Both the position numbers and the translations under genes were made by a program. The notes beneath the pieces were generated by a model that ran no database searches, was not told where the DNA came from, and saw only the letters and a list, made by a program, of their open reading frames with translations. A DNA stretch of 57,874 nucleotides, filler included, from Sphacelaria rigidula (Eukaryota), in the NCBI GenBank assembly GCA_964200075.2. It is 6 parts of 6 records of this genome, joined end to end, with 100 filler letters (N's around TTAATTAATTAA, not from the genome) between each part and the next. Parts side by side here need not be neighbours in the genome. Positions count along the whole stretch, not along the records: positions 1 to 9,564 come from CAXNAA020008207.1; positions 9,665 to 19,226 come from CAXNAA020008208.1; 4 more parts are not named here. The stretch is one strand, 5' to 3'. Of this stretch, positions 1-12,600 are shown piece after piece (the first letter of the stretch is position 1; each line of letters begins with the position of its first letter).

Positions 1-1050
1 CCTCGTGGAGGGGCATTTCGGAACTGAAACAATTCAGTCACGAATTGACCGCTTTTCACTCTCAATCTCACGAAAACGTTGTTGGATGTACGTGTAAGCT
101 TGCCATCACGGCCGGATTCTTCATGGCTCCCTTAATCTGCGAAACCAAACAACCAACCAATTAATCACTGCGCCAAGGTACTTGTTGACTGGTTGAAGAA
201 TGCGTCACCGTGGTCGGTAGATACGTATGTCCGAAAAAAAAGCTCCATACTTGGCAAATCAAGAGCTACGCTGGCAAGGGTATTCCTGACCTCTCCAGAA
301 ATCCTCGAGCCGGTCCCCTCCAAAACATCCACCAGAGTTTTTGTCAGGAGGGCTACGGCAGCTCGGTAGCTATCTGAGAATTCTTCGACAGGGGCCACTA
401 CCAATAACGAGTAAACCAATTCGCGCTTTCCCCACACTACAGCATTACATCCCCGAACGTAGCCTCGACGAGAGCCCGAGCAGAGCCTGTCCGGGAGGGC
501 GTCAGTCCCTCGTGCGCGCAGAGCGCTACCACATCAAGTACCCTAAAAACGTATCTTCAGAAGACGGCTCATTATCAAGCGCGATGCGACGCGACGCGAC
601 GCGACGCGATGCTTTCGACATCTGCTGCAGCGGCGTTGAAAGTGTCAGCTGACTTACGTTGCTGTGACTGTAGCGGCTGCTGTACTCGTTAGCGTCCAAC
701 GTTGCCAGTCGTATCACTTGGCCGATCGCGTGCGAATCTCGCCTGTTTTCAAACGCGTTGACCGCGGGCTGACGGTTGTACGCAACCTGTAGGGCAAACG
801 GAGTGGGTCGGTCGAGTGGACGGTTTTCGCGGGGTCTAGACATTTTCGTGCATGGCTTTTTCTTTTCATTTTTTCGTCGCAGAGTACAACTTTGGCCCAG
901 CAGAGATATCCAAGAATAACGTCTGCCCAGCTGTGAACGAAGCACACGTGTAAAGATGAGCATCAACTCTTCAACTACGAAGCCTTTGTGTAACTTCACC
1001 ACACAACAGTTCGACATAATAAACGATGCATCAAAACGTCTGTAGTGGTA
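1..1050 (-). pseudogene. Degenerate coding relic, possibly a KDZ (Kyakuja-Dileera-Zisupton)-type transposase, CxC5-adjacent region
   Basis: Protein-like minus-strand blocks in order (YRRFDASFIMSNCCVVKLHKGFVVEELMLIFTRVLRSQ; TPFALQVAYNRQ; EDTFLGYLMW; LPSMELFFRTYV; DGKLTRT) broken by stops, frameshifts and short intron-like segments. Family assignment rests on recalled motif spacing only. Confidence 0.35.
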
Positions 1051-4000
1051 TGGATGGGCTAAAAGTGACTGCATCGCGCTCGAGGGGCTTGGCGCCAATG
1101 AACAGGGGTCTAAATACCAGGTTTCTGTACAAGATGTCTCCGCGAATTTTAATTCCGTTCAGACTTCAGCACCGCACGCTGGGTTTTCGCCGGGCCAGGG
1201 GGAGGAGTGGGGGGACCCAAACGAACGACCACACGAAAGCAAAACCTGCGCACACCAACCTCAAGTATCTCCGCGATTTCTGCCAGTCTGTGCAGCACTG
1301 GCGTCAGGAAGAAGTGTGTCGGTACACCCGGCCGTGCACCGCTTTTGCGGGCGTACTTCATGAGAAACTCGAACTCGAGAACATACTCTTTCTCCGTGTC
1401 TCGAGCAATATCCACCTGCTCGCCGAGAAAACCCACACAGCGAAAAAAACATTAAAAAAAAGGGCAGGAAGAATCATGAGAAAACATCTCGAGTAGAGCC
1501 GGACTGCGACGCCTGGTATGCGCGAGAACGAGTGTATTTTTTCATCTGATCGCCCCTGTGCACATATACAGCCTGGCGGCAACGGATGGCCCCGGGCGCA
1601 AGGGGAGATTGCCCCAATACAAGAGCTGGTGAGACACCCATGAGGCAGTGTATAAGCCGTTGCTGTCTCTGGAAGTGGCGATACCAGATAANNNNNNNNN
1701 NTAATCAGTAGGCTTCGAGCCGAACAATCTTAGCCGGGTGCAGCTCACCCTTCACGCGACTCGCCGAACACACCAGTCGGTTTGAGTGCGAGCCTAGTCC
1801 GGCGAAAACCCGGCGTGCTCCGTGCCGGCTTTGTAGGGATGGCCTGGATGATCATGAGTACACCAATACAAGAGCTGGCGCCATGGCCAGACATAATCAT
1901 ATCCCTGACACACTGTAACCACGGTGCCTCAGTGCTCCCACACGGTGGGTAAGACTGCATACGGAAGGCCTTCCGCTGTGCACGGCCTCCTGTTTTCATC
2001 CGGACAGTGATGGGTCATACAGCTACATGTTCAGTGCACGGTACAAGAGAAGCAGCTCCAACGCGGCGGAAGACGAGACCTTCGCGAACTTCGTTGTCTT
2101 CATACTTCCGCGCTCTAGAAAACGCTGACAGCCACCATAGCTGACAGACCACAACACCCCCAAGGGATGACTTTGATGCCTGCATTTTCCCGATATAGAC
2201 GGTCTTACCCAATACCGAGAGACCCCGGCTTTCGAACATTCGGCAGCGTGGCCGCTCAAGGTTCCCAAATCCTCGAACTAAGAAAACGCTATCGTCGGTG
2301 GGTGTTGCGTGCTACCACCGGTCAGGGTGTGTGCAGTGCAATTCACCTGTACATCCCATGTACCACAAAGCTTCCACAGTACTGTGAGTAGGCCTTCGTT
2401 TGCTCGTGACTGCCGATTGTCAGGCTCGCATCTACAACAAGTAGCGGAGACTGACGCGTGTTGTACGTCACGTGGCTAAAGCCTCGTCACTCCATTCTCT
2501 TCATAGGCACCCTTCGGGTGCGAGGAACGTGGCGTTAGTTGGTGGACAAGACAGCAGACTTGCCTGGAGCCCTGAGAGAGTATAATAACCACACCAGTCT
2601 TCTCTTTGCGCACGTATGACAAACTAGCTCACGTGACCACACCCATGTCCGCGAGAATCGAACCAAACCCATGTTGCCACACTGGACCACCTAGGCGTTG
2701 CTTAGACGTGCTGTTCACTTTTTACCGTCAACATGCCAGAACTGTGCATCCTGCATGGACGATTTTCAGACACGGCAGACGAAACGCACGCCAAGCACGT
2801 CTCGCGTATATTACCGACCAATGATGAGTGAGTGCACTACACCCACTCTTGCCAAGCACGACTGCACCTCTGTCCAAGATCAACATTACAGCAATATCCG
2901 CTCATGAGCGAATCGTCGGTCTCCTCGTCTCCGTTTGACGACGACAGTCGGGTCGTGTCTCTCAAATTACGGGGTGAATCGCAGGCCTTCCTCGTGCGGC
3001 TGCAAGGCGATCCACGTCTCCATCACGCGGGCCAAACCACCCACAGGCCGGCACCAGCACCAAGACGCTAATTTGCACTCTAGTGTAGCTTTTGCCAACA
3101 TGGACAGCATACAGTAGTGGGCGGTCTAACTATTTGGGAGTGTTTGGGGATTTTCCTCGCGTACTACTCTTCGAGAGAACTAGAAATTGCTAGCGTCGGT
3201 AAATTTTGGTACAAAAAACCAGATAATCTTCGAAACACAGTGCCCAAGTCAGTGTTAGTTGGTGTTATCGGGCGAAACGAGTAACTACCCCGTTCATCAG
3301 GAGGGTGCTATTGACCGTGAAACACAGTTTTACGGCTGTAGAGTTTGAAAAAAATAAAACTGTACATTTAAAAATATATATCATCAAGATGGGCTCGATC
3401 GACCGAAAATACAGAAGAGTAAGAACCTGGGCTGAAACGTGACAGGACCCCCGATAACCGGTCAGTCCGTAAGTCACTCAATATATTGAGTTTAGATGAT
3501 TTTTTTTTCTTGGAATGTAGAGCGGATACCAATATCTTCAGATTCGCGATGTGATAGAGGGTGACAAGCGAAAAAAAAAAATTGCCAATTACGAAAAAAT
3601 CACAAAACGCCACAAAATGATTAGTTAGACCGCCCACTACTGTAGTAGCTGAGTGACGGGCATGTTTGATACGTACCAAGTCGCGTGGAGCCGACGATGC
3701 TCGGCTACGCGATCGTGCCTCTCGAATGAGGCCTAACCTTTAGATGATCTACTTGTGGAAAATCCAGTAGAGTTCTAGCGAACCCGGATCGCAGGTGCCC
3801 ATTTGAATATTTTAACGCACATGTTGCCTGGGGCATCACATACACACTTCCACCCTCGAGGGGGTTGGCATTGGGTTATGGTTTGGGTTGTTATATTTAG
3901 CCTTAGGGTTGGGCAAATGAAGGTACAGTGAACCATGTATTTGATTGAGGAGCGGGGTTGGCGAGAACGACTTTGGAAAAAAATGCTGTAGATTTGAACC

Positions 4001-6584
4001 GCACCCACCTCGACGAGCCGACCGACCCGTCCCAGGTCGCCAATACAAGGCACGTGCTATTGGCGCACGACAGTAACTCTCCCCATCAACAATCCACCAA
4101 CAGCAGCGCCATATCTATTATAGTGGCCGCATCTTGTGAACAAACGATCATCCCGTTGGATAAGTGGGGCGCGGAAGCTTCGGGCCTCCTCTTCAACCCA
4201 GAAGACGAGGCCGCCGACAGCTGCAATAAGTGACCAGTACTGCGGCACTGCTGGATATCAAGGTTGAGTTTAAAATGTTGGGTCGGTGTCCTTGTTGTGT
4301 TGTGCGACCAACAGATGAGGCAGCACAACATGACCCAGTTGCTCTTGCGCCCAATCTATACTTACCGCACCGGAATACTGTACTGTAGATCATTGTGCAC
4401 TGCTGTTGCTTCTACTGTAGAAGTACTCTGTGGCGACCGCAATCAACATATTATGACACGCGTCGTCATTGTCTGCATTGCATGCTCTAGGCTTCACCTG
4501 CGATAGAGCATCTGTGTTCAGCACGCTGGGTGTCTAGGCTGTGTTACTCCCTACCATGTAGCCGCTGTTGTGCTGTACGCGTACAGCAGTACAAAACCTG
4601 GTTACTGCGGCATGGAGGTACTCGCTGACTCGCTCTATCTACTATGCTTACATGTCTGCTGAGGCCCATTCCTCCTCTCGAGCCGCTGCCACGACCACTT
4701 CCATTCCTAGGTCTTCTTCTTTCCATTTCGCTGCAAACGACAGTACTACAGACGCCCAATCTGCCACACCCCCTGTGGTAGTACGCTCTAGCTCGGCGGT
4801 CGTTTGCATCTGCCGCCGGGTGCCACCCAATACTTGACCCACTCAAGATTTTCGTACCCGCCAGTCACAGACGTTTCTAGAATATTAGCCAGATGAATGG
4901 CAGGTAGAAAGAGAGTCATTTGTTGTCCCCTTTTCTGCGTTTCTCAAGTGTTATTGTATTTCAGGGGCAATCATGACACAACACTCCTAGCTGCATGTCA
5001 CCTGTCAAGGTATATGCTTCCATGTTTTCATGATATTTCATGCAGTCTTCTACCTCTTAGCTCTACAACAGTATGTAGCTGCACTCTAAACCATTATCAT
5101 CAGATAAATTAAGTGTCAAAATAGATCAGTGAACATCATTGGGATGTTAATGAAGTAAATATGCTTACATATGATGAAACTTCGTCTAAGAGAACACGGG
5201 AGTCGTGTGCCCCGACGTTTTCTTCGCAAAGCAAACGCTCTGCAATTACTTAATCAATTGAAGAAAAAGCAGCAATGATAGCATTTTGAAATGTCAATTT
5301 CAATTATGAATGATCAAAATATTAAATATTATCATCGTTGCTTGTGAGAATTTGCCAAATCTGCATGTCTGAGGGAGTATCCTGCCGCGCCCTTACACTG
5401 TGCACTGTGCAAGCACTGTACTGTAGCAGCAGACCTCATCAAAGGAACATGGCAGACTATAATATGTTAAGTCCCTTAGCAGCTGATCAGTCTGCAGTAT
5501 CGGGGTCGGGTGTGGTATTTTGTTGTCGCGGGTCTGACGGAATCTTTTTAGGCGAATATTTGACCGGACACACGCGGTAAGGGTGGTTTACAAGCGCATG
5601 GAGGTCTGGGGAGGAAAAGCAAAAAGGAGGGGGATATATCCGGAGTTGGAGACATAGATATATCGAAGTCTCTTGATTTCGCAACCAAATTGCAGCAGAA
5701 CACCCACAAGGCGTGATATTGTCGTGCACAGCTAGCTATTCCTGCTGGTCAATTGCGCTCCGAGCACCGCATCACAAACGATCGGGTTCCCGCCGTTAGG
5801 CGTGAGGTATGCTTACACTGGATGGAACACGTGCATAGGAGGTCTGGGTGTCATTGTAGATTTTGACGTGACTGTCGTCATACCACAGAAATGTTCTTGG
5901 TAATCTTTCCTCGGGTAGATGATATTCAGATGATCACAGAAAGCACCTTGCAAACTTTCAAACTTTGAACTTGCACCGCGGGTACTGACCGTTCTACATA
6001 GGTACCCTTACGATGTGAAACGGCCCAGCAAGCCGCTTTGCCGCACCGACAGGCTACGCAAACGAACTGACCACCAACCAAACGGGTATACTACTGTTAT
6101 AATGGCAGAGATGCACGAGGCACGATCCCACGCGCAAGATTAGCAATTTTCCGGCTGAATCGAAGAGCGAGGGTCCGGCATACCACGCGTGACGAAGTAT
6201 AACACCCCCACATGGAAGTGCCGTGGGCCCACCCCGCCGGAATAAGTGTCGTTGAGGGATGTCATGATACAAAAAAATATACCGATATCCCAGGGTCCGC
6301 AAGTGTTGTACGAATGGTACTGTACGAGCGTATGGGTACGTTGCCTGCGCTAAATCCCTTCGACCATGCGATTGCGATACACCGCTGTAAGTAAAATGTG
6401 GGCGTTGCAGGCTTGTGCATCGCGAAGTGGACGCCTGCGATCTCCAGTACAACGGTCGGCCGATGGTGCTGAATGCTATCACAGCTTCGAGACACCAATT
6501 GTGGTGGAGAGCACAACAGCTGCAGATGATGTCTGGATGATTGATCCGTCGTGAAATACTTTGCGCGCAGTAGAATTTTGATGA

Positions 6585-7650
6585 CTACCGCACATCAACG
6601 GGTCCCCGATGGACCCAGCCGTGGCCACAAGGTATATGTACCCAAAGGGAGTAGAATGGATACCTCCGTTGAAGAAAAAGAAAGTGGCAATAGTACAATG
6701 ATGGGGCCATCAAATGGAGTAAACTGAAGGACAAAGAACGAAAACAAACAAAACAAATTGAGACAAAAACGAGCAGAACAAGGAAGGAAAGGGAACGGAG
6801 AAGTAGCCAAAAATGATGCAAATGTTGTTAAATAACGACGGAATAATACTAGGAAAGTCCGTGCGCAAAATGAAGTCAAGCACTTGCACCCGCATACAAA
6901 TGAAACAAAGAGTTCCGTGAAATCAGAGCGCGATTCAGCTATTTCGGACCAAAGTATTTGGACATAAACTCCCACCCATGAGCCCTACGGAAGGAAGGCA
7001 CCAAACTGCTCCTGTATAACACTGAGAGGAGAGAAATAGCGAGGGTGACAGAGAGAGAAAGAGAGAGAAATGGAGATAGAGAGAGAACAGAGAGCAAAGA
7101 AAAACACGCAAGCGATGATACCCAAGAACACAGTGGAGCATGTACAAAAGCACAACCAGGGGACAGCGCAAGACCACAGACCAAGGAAAAATTCGAACCA
7201 CTTATGAAAGTAGACGGGGGAAGATCAGTTTCCGTCTTAACCCCGCTCCCCCCACTCATCTCTAGTCGGGTATGAGTAGAGCCACTCTCTCAGCCATTTC
7301 CAGCCTGGACTCCTCGCGAGCTGTTGCTGTTTTTGTGTCAGCGGTGGCTATTTTCGCTCGATGCAGCAGTCCCTTGTTTGTCGCGAAGGTGCGGTCGTTT
7401 TCGTCTTCGCGTCGTCACGTCGCCATGTGTCCTCACACTCTTCCTCTCCCTTCTCGACCCCGAGAGGCCAACTGCCCATGTTCGCGACACTGACCGAATC
7501 GTTTGCGTCTTCTCCACACCGTAGACGAACCATTTCCATCGTGCTTCCTTTTGCGTGGAAGAGCCCCCTAGTGCACGTGGGTTCGTACTCCCCGAGGCGC
7601 CCCCGCCCAGAATGTACGAGAGCATTCCGAGTAAGTACGCCCGACATAAT
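6585..7650 (-). mobile_element. 5'-truncated RTE-type LINE copy (ORF C-terminus, 3' UTR)
   Basis: Encodes RWKWFVYGVE and GVEKGEEECEDTWRR, matching the C-terminus of the LINE at 12601-14310; pyrimidine-rich UTR; CACGGCTGG end motif. Confidence 0.8.
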
Positions 7651-8344
7651 GTGGGAGTTTGCGTCTTGAAGCTTGTGTTAGCTGTTGCAGGGCCCGTTGG
7701 TCACCATAAAAGTGTGGTCCATACCCGAGTTTAACGCATCTGCCGTTGATTAAACAGTGCCATTTCTCCTACCGTGAAGATAATAAGTCAATGCCGCGTT
7801 ATACGTGTTCGTGTTCAAGGCACGTGGCAGTCATCGCTTTGTTGTACAAAAAACCTGTACATGAATGGAAAAAACCCCAGTACCAGTCAATGCGTGCTTG
7901 GAAGGAAAAAAAAAAATGCTGCTCTCAACCCCCTCAAGATACCACGTCCTCTAAGGCCGTGTGCGAAGTCGGGTTACGCCGTGGCGTTACCCCCACTAGG
8001 AGCAAGTAGTTGTACAACGGGACGCTAGCGATCAGAGCATTAGAGTACTAATAAGCGTTACCTCTACATGCACACTCATGTGCTCGGGTTTGAGTCGCCG
8101 GAATCCTCTCATGCGTATGGATTTGCAGCATGCCGTTCACAAAAACATTTTTGGAAAGTGGTTGGAGTATTACTCAACATCCCTGGCACCTATCGCCTGC
8201 TGGATCGCGTCCGTAGGATTCATGGATGAGGATTCATATCCAATAGTGAGGTCGTAGTAAATAAACTACAGTCTGTTCCCACGGTATTCGGTTTTCTACG
8301 ATTGGGTATGAGGGTAGTCTCTGCGCAAGATTTTTTCACCGAAG

Positions 8345-8592
8345 CCATGTGCCAGAGCCCGGCCATTTCTCCTTTTTCTTGTCTCCCTTCTTCTGTTGTT
8401 GTTTATTTTGTTTTCCCTCTTCTCTTCTTTTCTCAGTCCACTCTATTTGTCTGTTCTACTTTTTTTTCTGTCATTTACTTCTATTCAGCGAGTGTCTTCA
8501 GTTTTGTTTTGTCTCGAATATGTCTATCATGTAACCACGGCTGGATCCTTGGGGGTCAATTGAAGTGCGATAACCGATAAATCAATCGATCA
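8345..8592 (+). mobile_element. RTE-type LINE 3' UTR fragment
   Basis: T/C-rich tract followed by TCTATCATGTAACCACGGCTGGATCC...GGTCAATTGAAGTGCGATAA and an ATCA-type tail, shared with the other copies. Confidence 0.75.
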
Positions 8593-9564
8593 AAACTGAA
8601 CAAGACGCGGTACTCCAGAGTATCCAGAGTATCCACACGCCAAAATACCCCACTCGATACCTTACCCTACCTTAACCACCTTTGAATTACTTAATTTTCG
8701 TGACAAGCTTCTCGTTCGCAGGATCTTGAAGGCCTAACCTGCAAGTGTTTTTCCATATCACCTGCAGGTATTCTTCGATTCTGTCCTCACCGGATGTAGC
8801 CTGTTTGATCCAGCACTTGTTAGGCGCTGAATAGGCCATCGCTTGGCTGACTCTCTGCGACCACGCCTGCTCACAGGACAAAGTCGTGAACACGCCGTCC
8901 CAGGCTGTTTGGTGAGGGATAGGTAAAAATCAAGGTGTCTAGACCTGCAGTGGGATGAGAAAAAATGTGGATGCGTTGTGTTGTGTTTCCGAAAGGCACA
9001 GCGGCACAACTGAACGGAAGAGTTTGGAACAAGCTCTCGAGTGTACCCGATAGTCGGGAAATCCGACCGCACTTGAACGGAATCCGATCCACTGAATCAT
9101 TTGCAGTATAGTAGGTGTCCCATCACCTATCGGGGGCTTGCCAATAAGGCATGCTCCCCCACGATGGTGGGATCAATTGACCGGACGATGGTGTGCCCCC
9201 CCACTGCAGTACTTTAGCTCGTCCTCGACTTTGATCAACTCGGGTTTGCACCCAGCTATGTGGCCGAAAAAAAGACGTCCCGCCCGGAGGATTCCGGGCG
9301 CAAAACGAGGTGAAACCCGAAGTGCATCCTACCCGCGTGGGTCGTCGCAAACTGTCTTGAAAACCCCGTATTTATGATGGGAGACACGGCAACCAACGTT
9401 GCTACTCAACAAGTTTTTCCTCTCTTTTCCCGTGTGTGTCCCGGGCCCACACCCCGTGCCCCGTCGTGACTCCTACTTGGTTGCTGCGTTTGGTGATTGA
9501 TTGCGAGCCTTGTCCGGCGAAACCTCGGCGTGCTCCGTCGCAGCTTTGTAGGGATGCGAGGTCA

Positions 9565-9664
9565 NNNNNNNNNNNNNNNNNNNNNNNNNNNNNNNNNNNN
9601 NNNNNNNNTTAATTAATTAANNNNNNNNNNNNNNNNNNNNNNNNNNNNNNNNNNNNNNNNNNNN
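9565..9664. other. Artificial contig-joining spacer (N44-TTAATTAATTAA-N44)
   Basis: Six-frame stop linker flanked by Ns. The same spacer is at 19227-19326, 28889-28988, 38551-38650 and 48213-48312, with an exact period of 9662 nt. Confidence 0.97.
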
Positions 9665-9714
9665 GTTTTTGTTGGTTTTTGTGGGTGTGGTTGTCGTGGT
9701 GCGTGGCTGGTGTC

Positions 9715-9745
<31 letters not shown>

Positions 9746-11137
9746 GGGGATTCGTTTTCAAAACCTTTGTAGGTCTCTTGTTTTTGTTTAGGAGCAAGCC
9801 ATGCCCTCTAGAACAGGCCTGCCTGCTGCTTTCAACAGATATCTGCAGAGCATGAGGGGCGTGCAGCGAAGCTCGGCTCTGTATTTGTATATATGTTCCA
9901 TTTTGATCATCCGACAGATTTCAGTATATACACTCCCCTTTCCCCCCCGTCGGGTGGCACGAAGAATGAACGACATGGGTGGTCCTGCTGTTTCATCGCG
10001 GTTTGCTTATTTATGGCGACAGTGACTATATGGTGAATCCGCCGTATTCATTTTCTTGTCCCGTTTCGTCCATTGTGCATAGCCACTGCGGGATCGGTCG
10101 GTCCCCGTCCGTATGAGGACTGGGTACGGCAAGGACGAGTCCAGGGAGGGATTTGAATGTGGACTGTAAACGTTCGCGGCCAGACCCATCTAGTATGCAT
10201 GGAATAGCTGCAGCAATGCTGGTATCTTGCAGTAGATATCGCCTCGCCTGTGTAGCTGGAAAATTGGCTTGAGTCGATCAATGATGATGTCTGCGAAAAT
10301 GACACTGCGGAGTTGAGCGTTCAAATCCCAGTAGATACTGTACGGCACGTTTTTTTTTGTCTTCTCAGGATAATTTGATTCAGTCGTTTGCAACACGTTG
10401 ACGTAATCAGCAAATAGGTTTGACGGAAGTCGACGCGGTGCGCGATTATCGGGTGTCATGGTTCAATCGACGATACTAACATGCCAGGTATGTACCAGGA
10501 GGGAGATTGGTGGGTTTCTTGAGAGTACAGACTCGTTCTGAGTGAAGTGAGGAGTTAAAATTGTCACGGAAAGATATCATGATAGCGAACGACTTGACGA
10601 ATGTCTCCCATCATTTCGCCATCCGGACGTGGTACGCCGATTCTAGATCGTAGGATATCCTTCAAGGCCCTGTTCGAGAGGGCGTAGTGTTAGGCTGCAG
10701 TAGCGGTGAGGAGGGTGAGGAGGGCGGAGGGGGGGGGGGGGGTCAACAGTCGAGCGTGTAGGCAAAAATGAATTCGTCAATCGTTTTTTCCCTATTTTTC
10801 CTAAAGATTCTGGTCAATTCACGGACACTAAACTTCAATGTGCTGGGATTCACTGACACTAAAAATCAAATTTAGATGAAACGTTGATATCTGACACAAG
10901 ATCTATTGTTTTTTATATCAAAATGTAACTTGTTTGTTGGCAGCAGCACAGTGGGGTCCGGGTACGATGAGCATACTAGTAGCTACATGCGAGAGTTGGA
11001 AGGTAGGAAAAACTTGCCATGTTTGAGTAAACGTCTTACTGCTTGCTCCTCCGGCGCATGCAGCTGCTTGGTTCTTAACGCGTCTCTGCTGAGGCAGTTG
11101 TCTTCGGTACGCGTTTTCCCGGCTCGGTGAAATAGTC

Positions 11138-11670
11138 GTGTTTATTATTCCGCATAAAGGAGTCCGACGGAAGTGGTTCGTCTACGGTGTAGAAGTTGAT
11201 GCATACGATTCGAGCACTGCGGCGAAAAACATGGGCAAATGGCATGTTGAAGTCGAAAGAGGAGCGGAAGAGTCTGAGGACACGTGGCGACGCGCGCACA
11301 AACGAAAATCAGATCGCCGTCACAAGCGAGAGGCTGCTGCGTTGCCAATCGAAGTATCCTGTCTGCTCATGTCGGTTGTTGATTATGTCCTTAGTCGGTG
11401 ACTCTACGGTGCCCACTGGTGTGTGTCTGTATATACTCTGCTGCCCTGAATGTCTTGGGCTTTTTTCTTTTTTTTTCTTTTTTTCATTTTTTTATTCCAT
11501 TTTCATTTTTTTTTTAATCTCTTAGTCTACTATGTCGTTCTGTTCGACTTTTTCCTGCTCCTTCGTTTTCTTGAACGAGTGTTTCAGTTTTGCTTTTCTT
11601 GGGTACGTCTATCATGCGATCACGGCTGGACCCATGGGTGGTCAGTTGACGTGCGACAATCAGTCAATCA
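11138..11670 (+). mobile_element. 5'-truncated RTE-type LINE copy
   Basis: PHKGVRRKWFVYGVEVDAYD...GKWHVEVERGAEESEDTWRR closely matches the ORF at 13003-13347; then 3' UTR and ACAATCAGTCAATCAA tail. Confidence 0.85.
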
Positions 11671-12600
11671 AAATTCAAATTTACATGTATCACGCTATGC
11701 TTATCGTGAAACGAGGGACGCCACAAGATATGGGCGGGCGCGGCAAAATTGAAGGGACAGTGCAGTTTGTGTTGGGTTATTCGACGAACTGTTGTTATGA
11801 AGTTTTTCGTCTTGCTCGGAAATGCTACTTTTATGGTGCATTCATCGTGCAATATCAGCGGACAATTTCGGTGGGTTGCGTCATACGGGTCGCCTATTTA
11901 TTGTTCGATGTAGATTTGTTTTGCCTTTTTTTTGCCTTTTTCGACGCAGCGCTCGGTGTTTGCTCCTGAACGTTTTCTTGGGGACAAACGTGTCTTGCTT
12001 GTATGCTGGGGTGTGCATATTCGTGCCATGAAAAGTACAGAACATCATGGATCGCGGATCATGTTGCCAACGAACCGTGGCTTCTTCGAACCGTGTGGAA
12101 TGCTGCCGGGTAGCATTCGTGCTTAAGTCGCACCCCGAAACCGGATGATTTTCCGTGAAGTATGCGTGTCTTCGTCAAGAAATAGAAACTAGTGTACTAT
12201 TTAAGTACCGTCTGAAACTACGGTATCAGAATTGCTACGGGTCACCTTGATGTACTGTCTAGTCTCCGACACGCTGTATTGTAACAGTATTGCAGTAGAA
12301 TCGCAACTCGCGCCCCCAAGGAAGGTGTGGTAGCGAGCTTGTCCTGAATTCAGTTTGTAAAAACACGCTGAAGGCTCTCTTCTCTTCTCAAGCACTCGAT
12401 AGCAACTGTTGTTCGAAAACCACGAACCAAGCCTTCTTGTCAATGTGATACGAAGTTAAAACCAGGCACGAAGGGTTATGATACACACCGTTTCCACAAC
12501 TCACGTTGAACTCACGTTGGTCAACTGTGGACTCGAGCACCCAGTAGAATGGAAGATATCAGCAGGGTAGGTGATCACTTGAAGGCTCTTCTTGATCAGT

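Noticed and set aside
1026..1496. Overlapping ORFs on both strands as gag or a host gene
   Set aside because: No recognisable motif, and the region includes a piece of the MITE arm.
9609..9620. TTAATTAATTAA palindrome recurring at a fixed period, as a biological repeat or array
   Set aside because: Always embedded in N runs; it is a synthetic six-frame stop linker.
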